Assembly (NCBI GenBank): GCA_951406725.2
Contig: OX597817.1
Span: 165,974,001-166,038,000, forward strand
Direction: 5' to 3'
DNA: 64,000 nt
Source of the DNA: Octopus vulgaris
Lineage: Eukaryota
Position 1 is the stretch's first letter, and the number at the start of each line of letters is the position of its first letter. Positions 42,187-56,043 of the stretch are shown here, one piece after another. The notes under the pieces were generated by a model. That model was not told where the DNA came from, ran no database searches, and saw only the letters and a list, made by a program, of their open reading frames with translations. The translations under genes were made by a program, and so were the position numbers.

Positions 42187-43363
42187 AAGCCAGCTAAGGC
42201 ACCTTCATATGGTCACACGAGCTCCTAGAAACACAAACCAAATCTCTCTCAAATTTAACTTCAACATTTTAACATTTTATGTAATCTGAGATGAAGCCAG
42301 CTAAGGCACCTTCATATGGTCACACGAGCTCCTAGAAACACAAACCAAATCTCTCTCAAATTTAACTTCAACATTTTAACATTTTATGTAATCTGAGATG
42401 AAGCCAGCTAAGGCACCTTCATATGGTCACACGAGCTCCTAGAAACACAAACCAAATCTCTCTCAAATTTAACTTCAACATTTTAACATTTTATGTAATC
42501 TGAGATGAAGCCAGCTAAGGCACCTTCATATGGTCACACGAGCTCCTAGAAACACAAACCAAATCTCTCTCAAATTTAACTTCAACATTTTAACATTTTA
42601 TGTAATCTGAGATGAAGCTAGCTAAGGCACCTTCATATGGTCACACGAGCTCCTAGAAACACAAACCAAATCTCTCTCAAATTTAACTTCAACATTTTAA
42701 CATTTTATGTAATCTGAGATGAAGCCAGCTAAGGCACCTTCATATGGTCACACGAGCTCCTAGAAACACAAACCAAATCTCTCTCAAATTTAACTTCAAC
42801 ATTTTAACATTTTATGTAATCTGAGATGAAGCCAGCTAAGGCACCTTCATATGGTCACACGAGCTCCTAGAAACACAAACCAAATCTCTCTCAAATTTAA
42901 CTTCAACATTTTAACATTTTATGTAATCTGAGATGAAGCCAGCTAAGGCACCTTCATATGGTCACACGAGCTCCTAGAAACACAAACCAAATCTCTCTCA
43001 AATTTAACTTCAACATTTTAACATTTTATGTAATCTGAGATGAAGCCAGCTAAGGCACCTTCATATGGTCACACGAGCTCCTAGAAACACAAACCAAATC
43101 TCTCTCAAATTTAACTTCAACATTTTAACATTTTATGTAATCTGAGATGAAGCCAGCTAAGGCACCTTCATATGGTCACACGAGCTCCTAGAAACACAAA
43201 CCAAATCTCTCTCAAATTTAACTTCAACATTTTAACATTTTATGTAATCTGAGATGAAGCCAGCTAAGGCACCTTCATATGGTCACACGAGCTCCTAGAA
43301 ACACAAACCAAATCTCGCTCAAATTTAACTTCAACATTTTAACATTTTATGTAATCTGAGATG
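42187..43363. repeat. Satellite array, 11 x 107 bp, nearly identical units
   Basis: aagccagctaaggcacc... starts at 42187, 42294, ... 43257. Confidence 0.97.
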
Positions 43364-43583
43364 AACTACCTAAAAACAAGGAAAACAAAATCGAGGTAGT
43401 CACGGCCAGCATGTCTTTGATCGTGAATCTGTTCGACTATTAATGATAAAGGAAATAAACAACAACAACAACCACACGAAGATTAACTTAGTTAATCAAT
43501 ATCAAGTGATGTTTTAAAATTATACTTCTTGTCTTTTTACTGACGATATAGTCGTAGAATTATTCAATACAGCTATAAATGGC

Positions 43584-43969
43584 GGAGGCGCAATGGCCCA
43601 GTGGTTAGGGCAGCGGACTCGCGGTCGTAGGATCGCGGTTTCGATTCCCAGACCGGGCGTTGTGAGTGTTTATTGAGCGAAAACACCTAAAGCTCCACGA
43701 GGCTCCGGCAAGGATGGTGGTGATCCCTGCTGTACTCTTTCACCACAACTTTCCCTCACTCTTACTTCCTGTTTCTGTTGTACCTGTATTTCAAAGGGCC
43801 AGCTAAGGCCTTGTCACACTCTGTGTCACGCTGAATATCCCCGAGAACTACGTTAAGGGTACACGTGTCTGTGGAGTGCTCAGCCACTTACACGTTAATT
43901 TCACGAGCAGGCTGTTCCGTTGATCGGATCAACCGGAACCCTCGTCGTCGTAACCGACGGAGTGCTTCC
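43584..43969 (+). mobile_element. SINE family A
   Basis: Matches the other copies; tataaatgg on both sides. Confidence 0.92.
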
Positions 43970-44555
43970 ATATATAAATGGTATTAAACTTCAGAGATAC
44001 AGCTACAATCACATTCAGCCTAAGAATACTAACGCTATGATGTTCGGTAATATTAGTTACACTATTTTTCTTTATAAACACAGACCGCTACCACTAGCCT
44101 TAACGAATTCAAAGGATTATATTTAGACAGTCAAATATTTATCTTGCAATATCAACCAAACTACCTTGAACACAAATTCATCATTTCACAGATTTAGGAA
44201 TTTCATTTCGTAATACAACACCTCGTAGATCTTAGATACACAAATCATCGAAATAGCTCCATATACTTCTTTTAATTTCCATGCTACACGCCCCCATGTA
44301 CAGGCATATATCCACATATACATAATTATGTAGTAGTATTTTTGTGAGTTATATATTACATGCACATTTATTCTATGAACTGAGTAAAGGGAAAATCAAT
44401 GCCTTTGGTAGAGTAAATATTTAATGTATAGAAATATACATAGGTATTTAGTTATTCATAGTTTTATATTTCTGTACTTGGTAATACCTCAGATGCGGCT
44501 GGCTGTTGAAGCAGGTACCTCACATGATTTATGCTTTTCAGCATGAGTCGATATA

Positions 44556-45443
44556 TTCAACATTTTAACATTTTATGGTTCTGAGATGAAGCCAGCTAAG
44601 GCACCTTCATATGGTAACACGAGCTCCTAGAAACACAAACCAAATCTCTCTCAAATTTAACTTCAACATTTTAACATTTTATGTAATCTGAGATGAAGCC
44701 AGCTAAGGCACCTTCATATGGTCACACGAGCTCCTAGAAACACAAACCAAATCTCTCTCAAATTTAACTTCAACATTTTAACATTTTATGTAATCTGAGA
44801 TGAAGCCAGCTAAGGCACCTTCATATGGTCACACGAGCTCCTAGAAACACAAACCAAATCTCTCTCAAATTTAACTTCAACATTTTAACATTTTATGTAA
44901 TCTGAGATGAAGCCAGCTAAGGCACCTTCATATGGTCACACGAGCTCCTAGAAACACAAACCAAATCTCTCTCAAATTTAACTTCAACATTTTAACATTT
45001 TATGTAATCTGAGATGAAGCCAGCTAAGGCACCTTCATATGGTCACACGAGCTCCTAGAAACACAAACCAAATCTCTCTCAAATTTAACTTCAACATTTT
45101 AACATTTTTGTAATCTGAGATGAAGCCAGCTAAGGCACCTTCATATGGTCACACGAGCTCCTAGAAACACAAACCAAATCTCTCTCAAATTTAACTTCAA
45201 CATTTTAACATTTTATGTAATCTGAGATGAAGCCAGCTAAGGCACCTTCATATGGTCACACGAGCTCCTAGAAACACAAACCAAATCTCTCTCAAATTTA
45301 ACTTCAACATTTTAACATTTTATGTAATCTGAGATGAAGCCAGCTAAGGCACCTTCATATGGTCACACGAGCTCCTAGAAACACAAACCAAATCTCTCTC
45401 AAATTTAACTTCAACATTTTAACATTTTATGTAATCTGAGATG
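44556..45443. repeat. Second satellite array, ~8.3 x 107 bp
   Basis: Units at 44589, 44696, ... 45337. Confidence 0.97.
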
Positions 45444-45640
45444 AACTACCTAAAAAAACAAGGAAAACAAAATCGAGGTAGTCACGGCCAGCATGTCTTT
45501 GATCGTGAATCTGTTCGACTATTAATGATAAAGGAAATAAACAACAACAACAACCACACGAAGATTAACTTAGTTAATCAATATCAAGTGATGTTTTAAA
45601 ATTATACTTCTAGTCTTTTTACTGACCATATATAAATGGC

Positions 45641-46020
45641 GGAGGCGCAATGGCCCAGTGGTTAGGGCAGCGGACTCGCGGTGGTAGGATCGCGGTTTCG
45701 ATTCCCAGACCGGGCGTTGTGAGTGTTTATTGAGCGGAAACACCTAAAGCTCCACGAGGCTCCGTCAAGGATGGTGGTGATCCCTGCTGTACTCTTTCAC
45801 CACAACTTTCCCTCACTCTTACTTCCTGTTTCTGTTGTACCTGTATTTCAAAGGGCCGGCCTTGTCACACTCTGTGTCACGCTGAATATCCCCGAGAACT
45901 ACGTTAAGGGTACACGTGTCTGTGGAGTGCTCAGCCACTTACACGTTAATTTCACGAGCAGGCTGTTCCGTTGATCGGATCAACCGGAACCCTCGTCGTC
46001 GTAACCGACGGAGTGCTTCC
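45641..46020 (+). mobile_element. SINE family A (duplicate of 43584)
   Basis: Part of the ~2-kb tandem duplication. Confidence 0.92.
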
Positions 46021-46805
46021 ATATATAAATGGTATTAAACTTCAGAGATACAGCTACAAATCACATTCAGCCTAAGAATACTAACGCTATGATGTTCGGT
46101 AATATTAGTTACACTATTTTTCTTTATAAACACAGACCGCTACCACTAGCCTTAACGAATTCAAAGGATTATATTTAGACAGTCAAATATTTATCTTGCA
46201 ATATCAACCAAACTACCTTGAACACAAATTCATCATTTCACAGATTTAGGAATTTCATTTCGTAATACAACACCTCGTAGATCTTAGATAAAATCATCGA
46301 AATAGCTCCATATACTTCTTTTAATTTCCATGCTACACGCCCCCATGTACAGGCATATATCCACATATACATAATTATGTAGCAGTATTTTTGTGAGTTA
46401 TATATTACATGCACATTTATTCTATGAACTGAGTAAAGGGAAAATCAATGCCTTTGGTAGAGTAAATATTTAATGTATAGAAATATACATAGGTATTTAG
46501 TTATTCATAGTTTTATATTTCTGTACTTGGTAATACCTCAGATGCGGCTGGCTGTTGAAGCATGTACCTCACTTGATTTATGCTTTTCAGCATGAGTCGA
46601 TATATTCATAACTCATGGTTTAGTTTGTGTGCAAGATGGAGGCCTGAGGATTTCCTGTTTTCTAAACGTTTATATGCAGAAATCTTCGGTGGCTCTTTTG
46701 TGATAAGAAAGTATTGTTTCTTATCACGGCAATTAGAAATTAGTTCTAATGGAAACGTTTCAGGCATCTGCGAATTCACTAAGGATTAGATATTTTCCAT
46801 TATAC

Positions 46806-46849
<44 letters not shown>

Positions 46850-46925
46850 CATATAAGAATTTTTTGCATAATGAGATTTAAAAAAGCCAAGGCTGTGTAG
46901 ATATTGGAACATTTATTGATAGAAG

Positions 46926-46977
46926 GTCTTACAGCTGTTTCTAGGATATTTATTAATTATATCCCTTCATCGGAGAC
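46926..46977 (-). ncRNA. Minimal type I hammerhead motif (U4C variant)
   Basis: Minus strand: GTCT-CCGATGA-A-GGGATAT(aattaataa)ATATCCT-A-GAAAC-AGCT-GTA-AGAC; palindromic stem III ACAGCTGT. Confidence 0.6.
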
Positions 46978-47049
46978 GGTGTGAGAGGATGGTTAAGTCA
47001 TAGTTAGTTTAGATGTGATACATATACTCCATATATATACATATGTATC

Positions 47050-47108
<59 letters not shown>

Positions 47109-47932
47109 CTATGTATGTACGTGTGTGTTTGTGTGTGTGTGTGTGTGTGTGTAGTCATTTATTAAAAGACAAACCTTTCCGACCGCCAATTCTCTTCAGT
47201 TGCCTTTGTCATACACTTCAAATGACAACATCGATATAGTCGTAGAATTATTCAATGCAGATTATGTGCAATGCAGTGTCACTTGCTCCAGCTGGAAGGT
47301 GACGGGAAAACATTCATACTCAATTCTATTTATTTGTACATGCAGAGCTGAGGCATTAAAACGAAAATATTATCTCACGCATCAATTTCACTCCTTTGCA
47401 CTTGTTCTCTCTCACTCAGTCCATATCTTTCCCCATCTCACTCACTCTTTCTCCCTTTCTGTCTCTCTCTCCCTTTCTTTCTCTCTCTCTCTCCTTCTCT
47501 CTCTCTCTCTCTTTCTCTCTCCCTTTCATCCCTCTCTCCCTCAATCCAAATCTTTACCTGCATCATTCTCTCCCTCTCTGTACTGCCATATCTACCATTC
47601 TCTATTAATACAAATATTTCTGTGTTTCTCCCCCTTTCTCTCTCTCTTTCTCATTCCCTCCCTCTCTGTGTGTATGTGTGTGCGCGTATGTGTGCTTCTG
47701 TATATGAGTATCTCTGTGTGTCTATATATAAATATCAGACCCACAGATGACGAAAGACAAAAGCAGCGTTCACATATCTTTCACTGTCGTGTCGGTGGGA
47801 ACCAGTATCGTTGGTTCAATCATCCACCGAAGCAATACAATAATCTGCATCACCATCATCATCAACATCATCATCCTCACCACCACCACCACCACCACCA
47901 CCATCATTAGTTACGCTCTGTCAGTGTACCAA

Positions 47933-48341
47933 TACTCTTTTTACTTGTTTCAGTCATTTTTTTACTGTGGCCATGCTGGAGCACCCCCTTTAGTCGAGCA
48001 AATCGACCCCAGGACTTATACTTTGTAAACCTAGTATTTGTTTTATCGGTCGCTTTTGCCGAACCGCTAAGTTACGGGGACGTAAACACACCAGCATCGG
48101 TTTCAAGCGATGTTGAGGGGACAAACACAGACACAAAAACATATACACACACACACACACACATACATATATACACATATATATGACGGGCTTCTTTCAG
48201 TTTCCGTCTACCAAATCCATTCACAAGGCTTTGGTTGGCTCGAGGCTAGAGTAGAAGACCCTTGCCCAAGTTGCCACGGAGTGGGACTGAACGCGGAACC
48301 ATGTGGTTGGTAAGCAAGCTACTTACCACACAGCCACTCCT
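47933..48341 (-). mobile_element. SINE family B
   Basis: Matches the other copies. Confidence 0.88.
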
Positions 48342-48403
48342 ACTAACCAGAACAACATGCCGAGGAGAACTCAGTATACCTAGTGAGATATCTTTCTACT
48401 CCA

Positions 48404-48510
48404 GACACCTGAAGTGACACAGCCTTCCCTGATTAATACAACACGACCATATGCACAATATCGTACTCGTATGGGACAGATGCAAGATGTGTCGAAACGA
48501 ACGTCGTGCC
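48404..48510 (+). ncRNA. Type I hammerhead-like motif, one core mismatch (A9 to U)
   Basis: GACAC-CTGAAGT-GACACA...TGTGTC-GAAAC-GAAC-GTC-GTGCC. Confidence 0.45.
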
Positions 48511-48695
48511 GAATATAGATTCGTACTAAATCCATCGTCCGTTTCCTTTATCAATTATAAACTGAACAAACCCTGCGTATTTCCTGACGTGGATCCAGAG
48601 AAATTATATCGTTACTGCCGTTGACACCAGGCAGCCCAAACGGTGAATGTGCTTTGATCGACATGCTAATAGACAGATACTCAAAGTCCAAATAG

Positions 48696-48752
<57 letters not shown>

Positions 48753-49166
48753 CACATATTTACGATGAGCTTTCAATTTCTGTCAACCAAATCCATGTAA
48801 AAGGCTTGGGTCGGCCCGAGACTATAGGAGAAGACATATGCCCTAGATGCCACGCAATGGAACTGAACCTGGAATCATGTGGTTGGAAAGCAAGCTTCTT
48901 ATCCCATACCCATAAATACGTACATACATACATGCATGCATACATATACATATACACACACACATACATATATATATATATATTTCTATATATATATATA
49001 CATATGTACCTCAAAACATCGAATCATTTGCCAAACAATAGCAACTTTATAATTACGTGAGAAAATTTCCCAGCACTGCCAATATACATTCCAAGAATAT
49101 ATTTGTATGTGTGTAAGTATATATATATATATATATACATATATACACATATACATTTGAATATTA

Positions 49167-49242
<76 letters not shown>

Positions 49243-50564
49243 ATATTATTCAAATTGTATGTATGTGAGTGAATGTGAGAGTGTATGCATGTTGAATAAG
49301 TCTATATATATATATCATATTCAAATGTATGTGCGTGTGTGAGTGTGTGTGGTAGTGTATGCGTGTAGATTTAGTTTATGCGTGTGTGTGTGTCAGTCGA
49401 ACCTCAAGGAAAATGCAATATTTCTGTAGATTCTCACCGTTCAGAAGAATTCACAATTCTTGCGACTCAGCTCCATGAATGACCTTATGTAGAACAATAG
49501 GAACTTGAATTGTCAGTCATTTTGATTTGGAAAATTGACCTGAATACCGTACTGAAAGGTCTGTGAATATCTTGCTGAACTGATGACTTAGCAGTGCAAT
49601 AAATTGTCGTCTCACAAAATATTATTTTATGATTCTTACTGTCGTCTGCATCGCTTTACAGTTATCATCTGTTGATTAACTCTAGTATCAACGAAGTAAA
49701 ACTCACACGCTATGTATAATGGAATATGCATGAAATTTGGATGCGTGATGAACGTTCACGCAACAGATTATACCGTCAATTTTATGAGAGCCCAAAGTAA
49801 AATAAAAAAAAACGATATCGAACATATATATGATTTAGGTAGACACATTACAGCCTTCAAAAAACTAGCAAAGGATTGCAAATTATGGAAATTGATATGG
49901 TTCAACGGAATAAAAAAGGTTTTGAATTTTCAGGGTTAGTTAAGATAGCAGAAAATAGGGAATCGTGAAAATTCAAATCCCACTTGTCACCCGGTTGCTC
50001 GGATCATGCTGTGATTTGTGAAAATTGTGGTTTTGTTTATAATCTCTGAAGCCAGTTTGATGTCTCACTGTAAATGTATGCATTAGGTCATAAGGTAATT
50101 GGCTGAGCAGTTGGACCCTTATCTCATGCTTCGAAATAAGACGAGTGAATTCCTATTCATATGTACGTAAGTGCGTCTGTGTGCGCGCGTGTGTGTGTGT
50201 GTGTGTGCGTGTGTTTAATAAGTATATGTTTGCTTCTATGTAGGTATGCATACAGACACATATATGAGACAATAAACCTCGTGTGTGTGTATATATGCGT
50301 GTGTGTGTGTGCATGTGTGTGTGTGTAAAAAAGTTTATGTGTGTATATATATTTCTATATATATGCATATATGTGTGTGTATACATATGCACGTATGTTT
50401 ATGTATATATACATATGTCAAATATGTAAATATATTCATAGGTATAAATATATACATACGTAAATACGTATTTATATACACATATCTATCTGTATATATA
50501 TATATGTATACGAATATGCATATACATACACACACATATATATACATATATAAATGAGCATGGG

Positions 50565-50613
<49 letters not shown>

Positions 50614-51071
50614 ATATATTTATATATCATACGTATATGTATGATTATACGTATGTAAACATGTATAAATGTATGTATGTATGCATGCATGTATGTATGT
50701 ATGTACGTAAGGACACACAGGCACACACAGGCACACCCTTATACATATACTGTGTGGTCTTGGAAAATGTATACATAAGTTGTGAAATGTACTGTGTGGT
50801 ATATATATATATATATTGTTGTATCAATGGTGCATAATTAATATATCGTATGTTCATAGTGAGCTGTTTGGTAAGGGAGGAGTAAAAGCTTTATCACTGG
50901 TTAAAGATGGTGTTACCACCGAGTTTCACTGGTATGGATAAGAGATAATTACCATTCCTGATGTATTTATAATACTCATGTCGACCATATATACGCACGT
51001 ACATACACAGGCGCACGGAAAAACATACAATCATATACCAATACACACACACACATATATGTATATATATA

Positions 51072-51114
<43 letters not shown>

Positions 51115-51116
<2 letters not shown>

Positions 51117-51527
51117 TCTTTTTACTCAATTACTCTTTTACTGTGTTTCAGTCATTTGACTGTGGCCAAGCTGGAGCCCCGCCTTTAGTCGAGCAAGTCG
51201 ACTCCGGGACTTATTCTTTGTAAGCCTGGTCCTTATTCTATCGGTCTCTTTTGCCGAACCGCTAAGTGACGGGGACATAAATACACCAGCATCGGTTGTG
51301 AAGCAATGCTAGGGGGACAAACACAGACACACACGCATATATATATATATATATACATATATACGACGGGCTTCTTTCAGTTTCCGTCTACCAAATCCAC
51401 TCACAAGGCATTGGTCGGCCCGGGGCTATAGCAGAAGACACTTGCCCAAGATGCCACGCAGTGGGATTGAACCCGGAACCATGTGGTTGATTAGCAAGCT
51501 ACTTACCACACAGCCACTCCTGCGCCT
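51115..51527 (-). mobile_element. SINE family B, full copy
   Basis: Matches the other copies. Confidence 0.9.
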
Positions 51528-51537
51528 ATATATATAT

Positions 51538-51940
51538 ACTCTTTTTACTTTATTACTCTTTTACTTGTTTCAGTCATTTGACTGTGGCCATGCTGGAGCC
51601 CCGCCTTTAGTCGAGCAAATCGACTCCAGGACTTATTCTTTGTAAGCCTGGCCCTTATTCTAACGGTCTCTTTTGCCGAACCAATAAGTTACGGGGACGA
51701 AAACACGCCAGCATCGGTTGTCAAGCAATGTTGGGGGTGGGGTGACAAACGCAGACACACAAACATATACACACATACATGAGATGGTGTTGTGGATTTC
51801 CACTTCGGCATCTGAAAGTCAGAGTTTTATCTTGAATATTGAATAATGGTAACATATTAATTTACAGATAAATTTCCTCTATTTACATAATATTGAGGTC
51901 TCTTTCTTTCTTTTGTAATCTTATCGTTTTTACCAATATA

Positions 51941-52012
<72 letters not shown>

Positions 52013-52178
52013 TACGACGGGATTCTTTCAGTTTCCGTATACCAAATCCACTCACAAGGCTTCGGTCGCCCCGAGGGTATAGTAGAAGACACTTGCCCAA
52101 GGTGTAACGTAGTGGGACTTAACCCGGAACCATGTGGTTGGTAAGCAAGCAACTTACCACACAGCCACTCCTACGCCT
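51538..52178 (-). mobile_element. SINE B interrupted in its central microsatellite by a fragment (51781-51935, +) of the 27440-27600 hammerhead element
   Basis: gagatgg..gtggatttccac..catctgaaagtcagagttttatc and ttcctctatttacataata match the 27.5-kb locus. Confidence 0.8.
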
Positions 52179-52607
52179 ATATATATATATATATAATCTT
52201 CTCTATATATAAAACTGAATTGCGTTTTTACCGCTTGGATCGCTTTCAATGCCACTACATCCCGTCCGATTCGCTCCAAATTTTACAGGGACATGTAGAA
52301 TGAGGTGACGATGCGCGTGGGCTACCTTAGAAATCCCTATCTTAAAAGGTGTGGTTGCTAGGGGCCATCTTCCTCACTCACCCTATTTCCTCCTTTCCCT
52401 CTCTTACTCCTCTTCATTACTTTCAGAAGTCCGCTACGGCTATTTAAAGTATCTGTCACTATCGCTATTTCCTTTCTTTTTCACTGACTCTGTTTCCTAC
52501 CTTCCTATCACTTCGGCGACGTTCTTTTAAGTATATGTCTGTCACCAACAAACAACACACGAGCATGAGAACAAATATTATGAATCAGATATTCTTGCGT
52601 TCATTTA

Positions 52608-52990
52608 TATGTGTGTGTGTGTGTTCTATATATAAATATGTATATATAATGTATGTGTGCGTGTGTGTGTTCTATATATAAATATGTATATATAATGTAT
52701 GTGTGCGTGTGTGTGTGTTCTATATATAAATATGTATATATAATGTATGTGTGTGTGTGTGTGTTCTATATATAAATATGTATATATAATGTATGTGTGT
52801 GTGTGTGTGTTCTATATATAAATATGTATATATAATGTATGTGTGTGTGTGTGTGTGTTCTATATATAAATATGTATATATAATGTATGTGTGTGTGTGT
52901 GTGTGTGTTCTATATATATAAATATGTATATATAATGTATGTGTGTGTGTGTGTGTGTGTTCTATATATAAATATGTATATATAATATAT
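52608..52990. repeat. Compound minisatellite, 8 units of ~46 bp [(GT)n-tctatatataaatatgtatatataatgtat]
   Basis: Direct reading. Confidence 0.92.
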
Positions 52991-53139
52991 ATATACAAAG
53001 TGCATATATCTGTATTTATGTATATTAAACTTTTTCATACTTTTTCATAGTTATATATATTTTTAAACAAATTATAAATATAATTTAATAATTTTTATTT
53101 TCAATTTAAATAACTTAAAGTTTTCAATTTTATATTTTA

Positions 53140-54006
53140 CTAGCAATATCGCCCGGCGTTGCTCGGGTTTGTAAGGGAAATAACTATATAAGCATTTTTA
53201 GTGAGTTATAGCAAAAAAATAGCAAAAAATGCATTAAAAATGGAATAAAAAATGATGGTAATTTTTTTTTAATCGTTGACTCATCGTAGACATTTTTAGA
53301 GAGTTACTTCCTTATATAATAGCGAAAATGCATTAAAATGGAATAAAAAATGATGGTAATTTTTTTTTAAATCGTAGACTCATCGTAGACGCGCGCTAAT
53401 ACCCAGAAGGGCTCGATATGAATCACGACTATAAGATACCCGGTTTTGGTTACACTGCACCGCAAAATGTGGGAGTAGTTAGGAATCTAAATCGTAGGAG
53501 ATTTGTGCATTCGGTTGTGCAAATTGTTTGCACAGGAAACCTGCCCTGTGTGGCGGTTTTTGCCGTTTTTGTGGATCTGTTTCAGCTTTTTTAGCGATTT
53601 CTGTTTTGGCGACTTCAAGCCATGAAGTCGTTGTTCTAAAATAACGCTGGTCTCCTTGACAATGCATTACGACGTTGATTTCCTTACACTCCCTTCACCA
53701 CAGCTTCACGAGGGAGGGAAGAAGGGGGAGAAGCAACACAGGTGCAGGCGTGAGCGTGGACGCCAACTCCGCTGCCATCGACACACGAAAAAATATGCAT
53801 TAAAATGGAATAAAAAATGATGTTAAATTATTTTTAAAATCGTAGACTCATCGTAGACGCGCGCTAATACCCAGACGGGCTTGATATGAATCACGACTAT
53901 AAGATATCCGAATTTGGTTAAACTGCACCGCAAAATGTGGGAGTAGTTAGGAATCTAAATCTAAAGGGGACAGACACTTACACAACTACAGTTTTATATA
54001 TATAGA
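53140..54006 (-). mobile_element. Complete non-autonomous Helitron
   Basis: Minus strand: A|TCtatatata...cccgagcaacgccggg..CTAG|T; internal ~165-bp direct repeat (53330 / 53795). Confidence 0.88.
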
Positions 54007-54149
54007 TATATTTTCTATGTTATATTTTCTTTTTTTATGTTTTTGTTTTTGTTTTTTCACTGTTTGATTTGCCTATTAGTGGTTTTATCTCTAATTTAAT
54101 GTATACAGATATATATCTCATTTGTATACATTTGTATATATAATGCGTG

Positions 54150-54233
<84 letters not shown>

Positions 54234-55044
54234 GTGTGCATTACGTAGTCGGTCGATTCAGCTGAAAATATGCACACCTATGTTAAATGTGCTGACAAGT
54301 TTGCATGACAACTATTTTTTTCCTCAAATGAAAGGCGTCACCTCTAGGACAAAATTCCTCATCTTATAAAATGTGGCCCTAGTAGACCCGAATGAAATCG
54401 GGTTATATTAACCAAAATGTGAAAAGGGGTCTAAATGGGGCTGGAAGGGGATTAAAATTTCAAGGAGCGGGTGCTTAGGAATTCTCTTTTACATCAAGCT
54501 AAAAAATTTGCGCCATCCTTTTAATCGTCAATGTGTTGCCGTCCATGATAAAGAAGTTTTCAATGCTTGCCATGGTGAGTCTACTGTCGTGAGAAAGGAT
54601 CACTTCAAAACTTGGTGTTTACGAATTTTCTTTTACATCAATTTCAAAATTTTACGCCAGCCGTTAAACTGTCACTACGTTCCTGTCCGTCGTTAACAAA
54701 TGCCAGCCATGGTGACTCTACTATCCTCAGATTCTATCCCTTCAAACTTTGGTTTCCAATATTTTATTATTTTTATTCAGCTCGCAAGTTCGTCTGTCCC
54801 TTTTAAATGTTAGCGTTTTGCTGTCTGCCTTCAAGCAGACCTTTCCATTGCCACTGCCTCATATTTCTGATTGATCTTTCTAAATATTTTATTTCTCAAC
54901 TTACTCGAGATCTTCTGTTGTTCATAAATGGGAGAGAGATAGATAAAGATAGAGAGTAAGAGAAAGCGAGGGAGAGTCCGAGAGGAAAGAAAAGTAAGAG
55001 AGTGGGAAAGTGAGAGAGAAAGGAGAGAGAAACAAATACGGAGA

Positions 55045-55400
55045 ATCATCATCATCGTTTAACGTCCGTTTTCCGTGCTAGCACGGGTTGGGCAGTGCGA
55101 CCGGGGTCTCGGAAGCCAGGAGACTGCACCAGGCTCCAGTCTGATCTGGCAGTGTTTCTACAGGTGGATGAACTTCCTAACGCCAACCACTCTGTGAGTG
55201 TAGTGGGTGCTTTTTTCGTGCCGCCGGCACTGGTGCCAGGGGGGCTCGCAGTGGCAATAATCGGTTGGTGCTTTTTACGTGCCACCGGCACAGAAGCAAG
55301 TCAAGGCAGTGCTGCAATCGGCCACGTTCGGATGGGGCTTTTTACGTGCTGAAAGGAAGCAACAGAAAGTAACGACCACACTCTTACCCGCGCGTAGAGC
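55045..55400 (-). mobile_element. Interspersed retroposon with (GAT)n tail (SINE- or RTE-related)
   Basis: ...aaaacggacgttaaacgatgatgatgat 3' end. Confidence 0.55.
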
Positions 55401-55416
55401 GGGTCACCTTCAGCTA

Positions 55417-55458
<42 letters not shown>

Positions 55459-55820
55459 TTGCTATTATTTTAAGTTCTCGTATGTCTAACTTTGGCCAAA
55501 TACGTTTTTTTTCAATATTTACTTTTGCTTGCAATAGCCGGTTCTTTTGGTAAAACTTCGTATCTCCAGCAGTCAAGATATCAAAAATTGTCAAAAAGTC
55601 TAGTCCAATGGTTTTGCTACGGAATGGTGAAACTATTTTTTTCGTTTTCTGGAAAAAGCATCATTTTTGGACTTACATTTTTGCATAATAGTTACGATAT
55701 ATATGTACACACACACGTGTGTGTATGTGTGTGTGTGTGTGTGTGTCTATATTAAGTAATGCATAAATATGTATATAGCTGTCTATAGTCCATCTGTACG
55801 TTTGTCTGTCTCTTTGGAGG

Positions 55821-55895
<75 letters not shown>

Positions 55896-55899
55896 CTAT

Positions 55900-55967
<68 letters not shown>

Positions 55968-55993
55968 ATCTATCTCTATATCTATTTATCTAT

Positions 55994-56042
<49 letters not shown>
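55821..56042. repeat. (TCTA)n microsatellite
   Basis: Direct reading. Confidence 0.95.

Positions 56043-56043
<1 letters not shown>

Noticed and set aside
42187-45443. CRISPR-like array
   Set aside because: The 107-bp units are contiguous and identical with no unique spacers; eukaryotic context and no cas genes
47164-47207. Hammerhead on the minus strand (AAAGGCAA-CTGAAGA...GAAAGGT-TTGTCTTT)
   Set aside because: Stem I is good but stems II and III are essentially absent; cannot be told from chance
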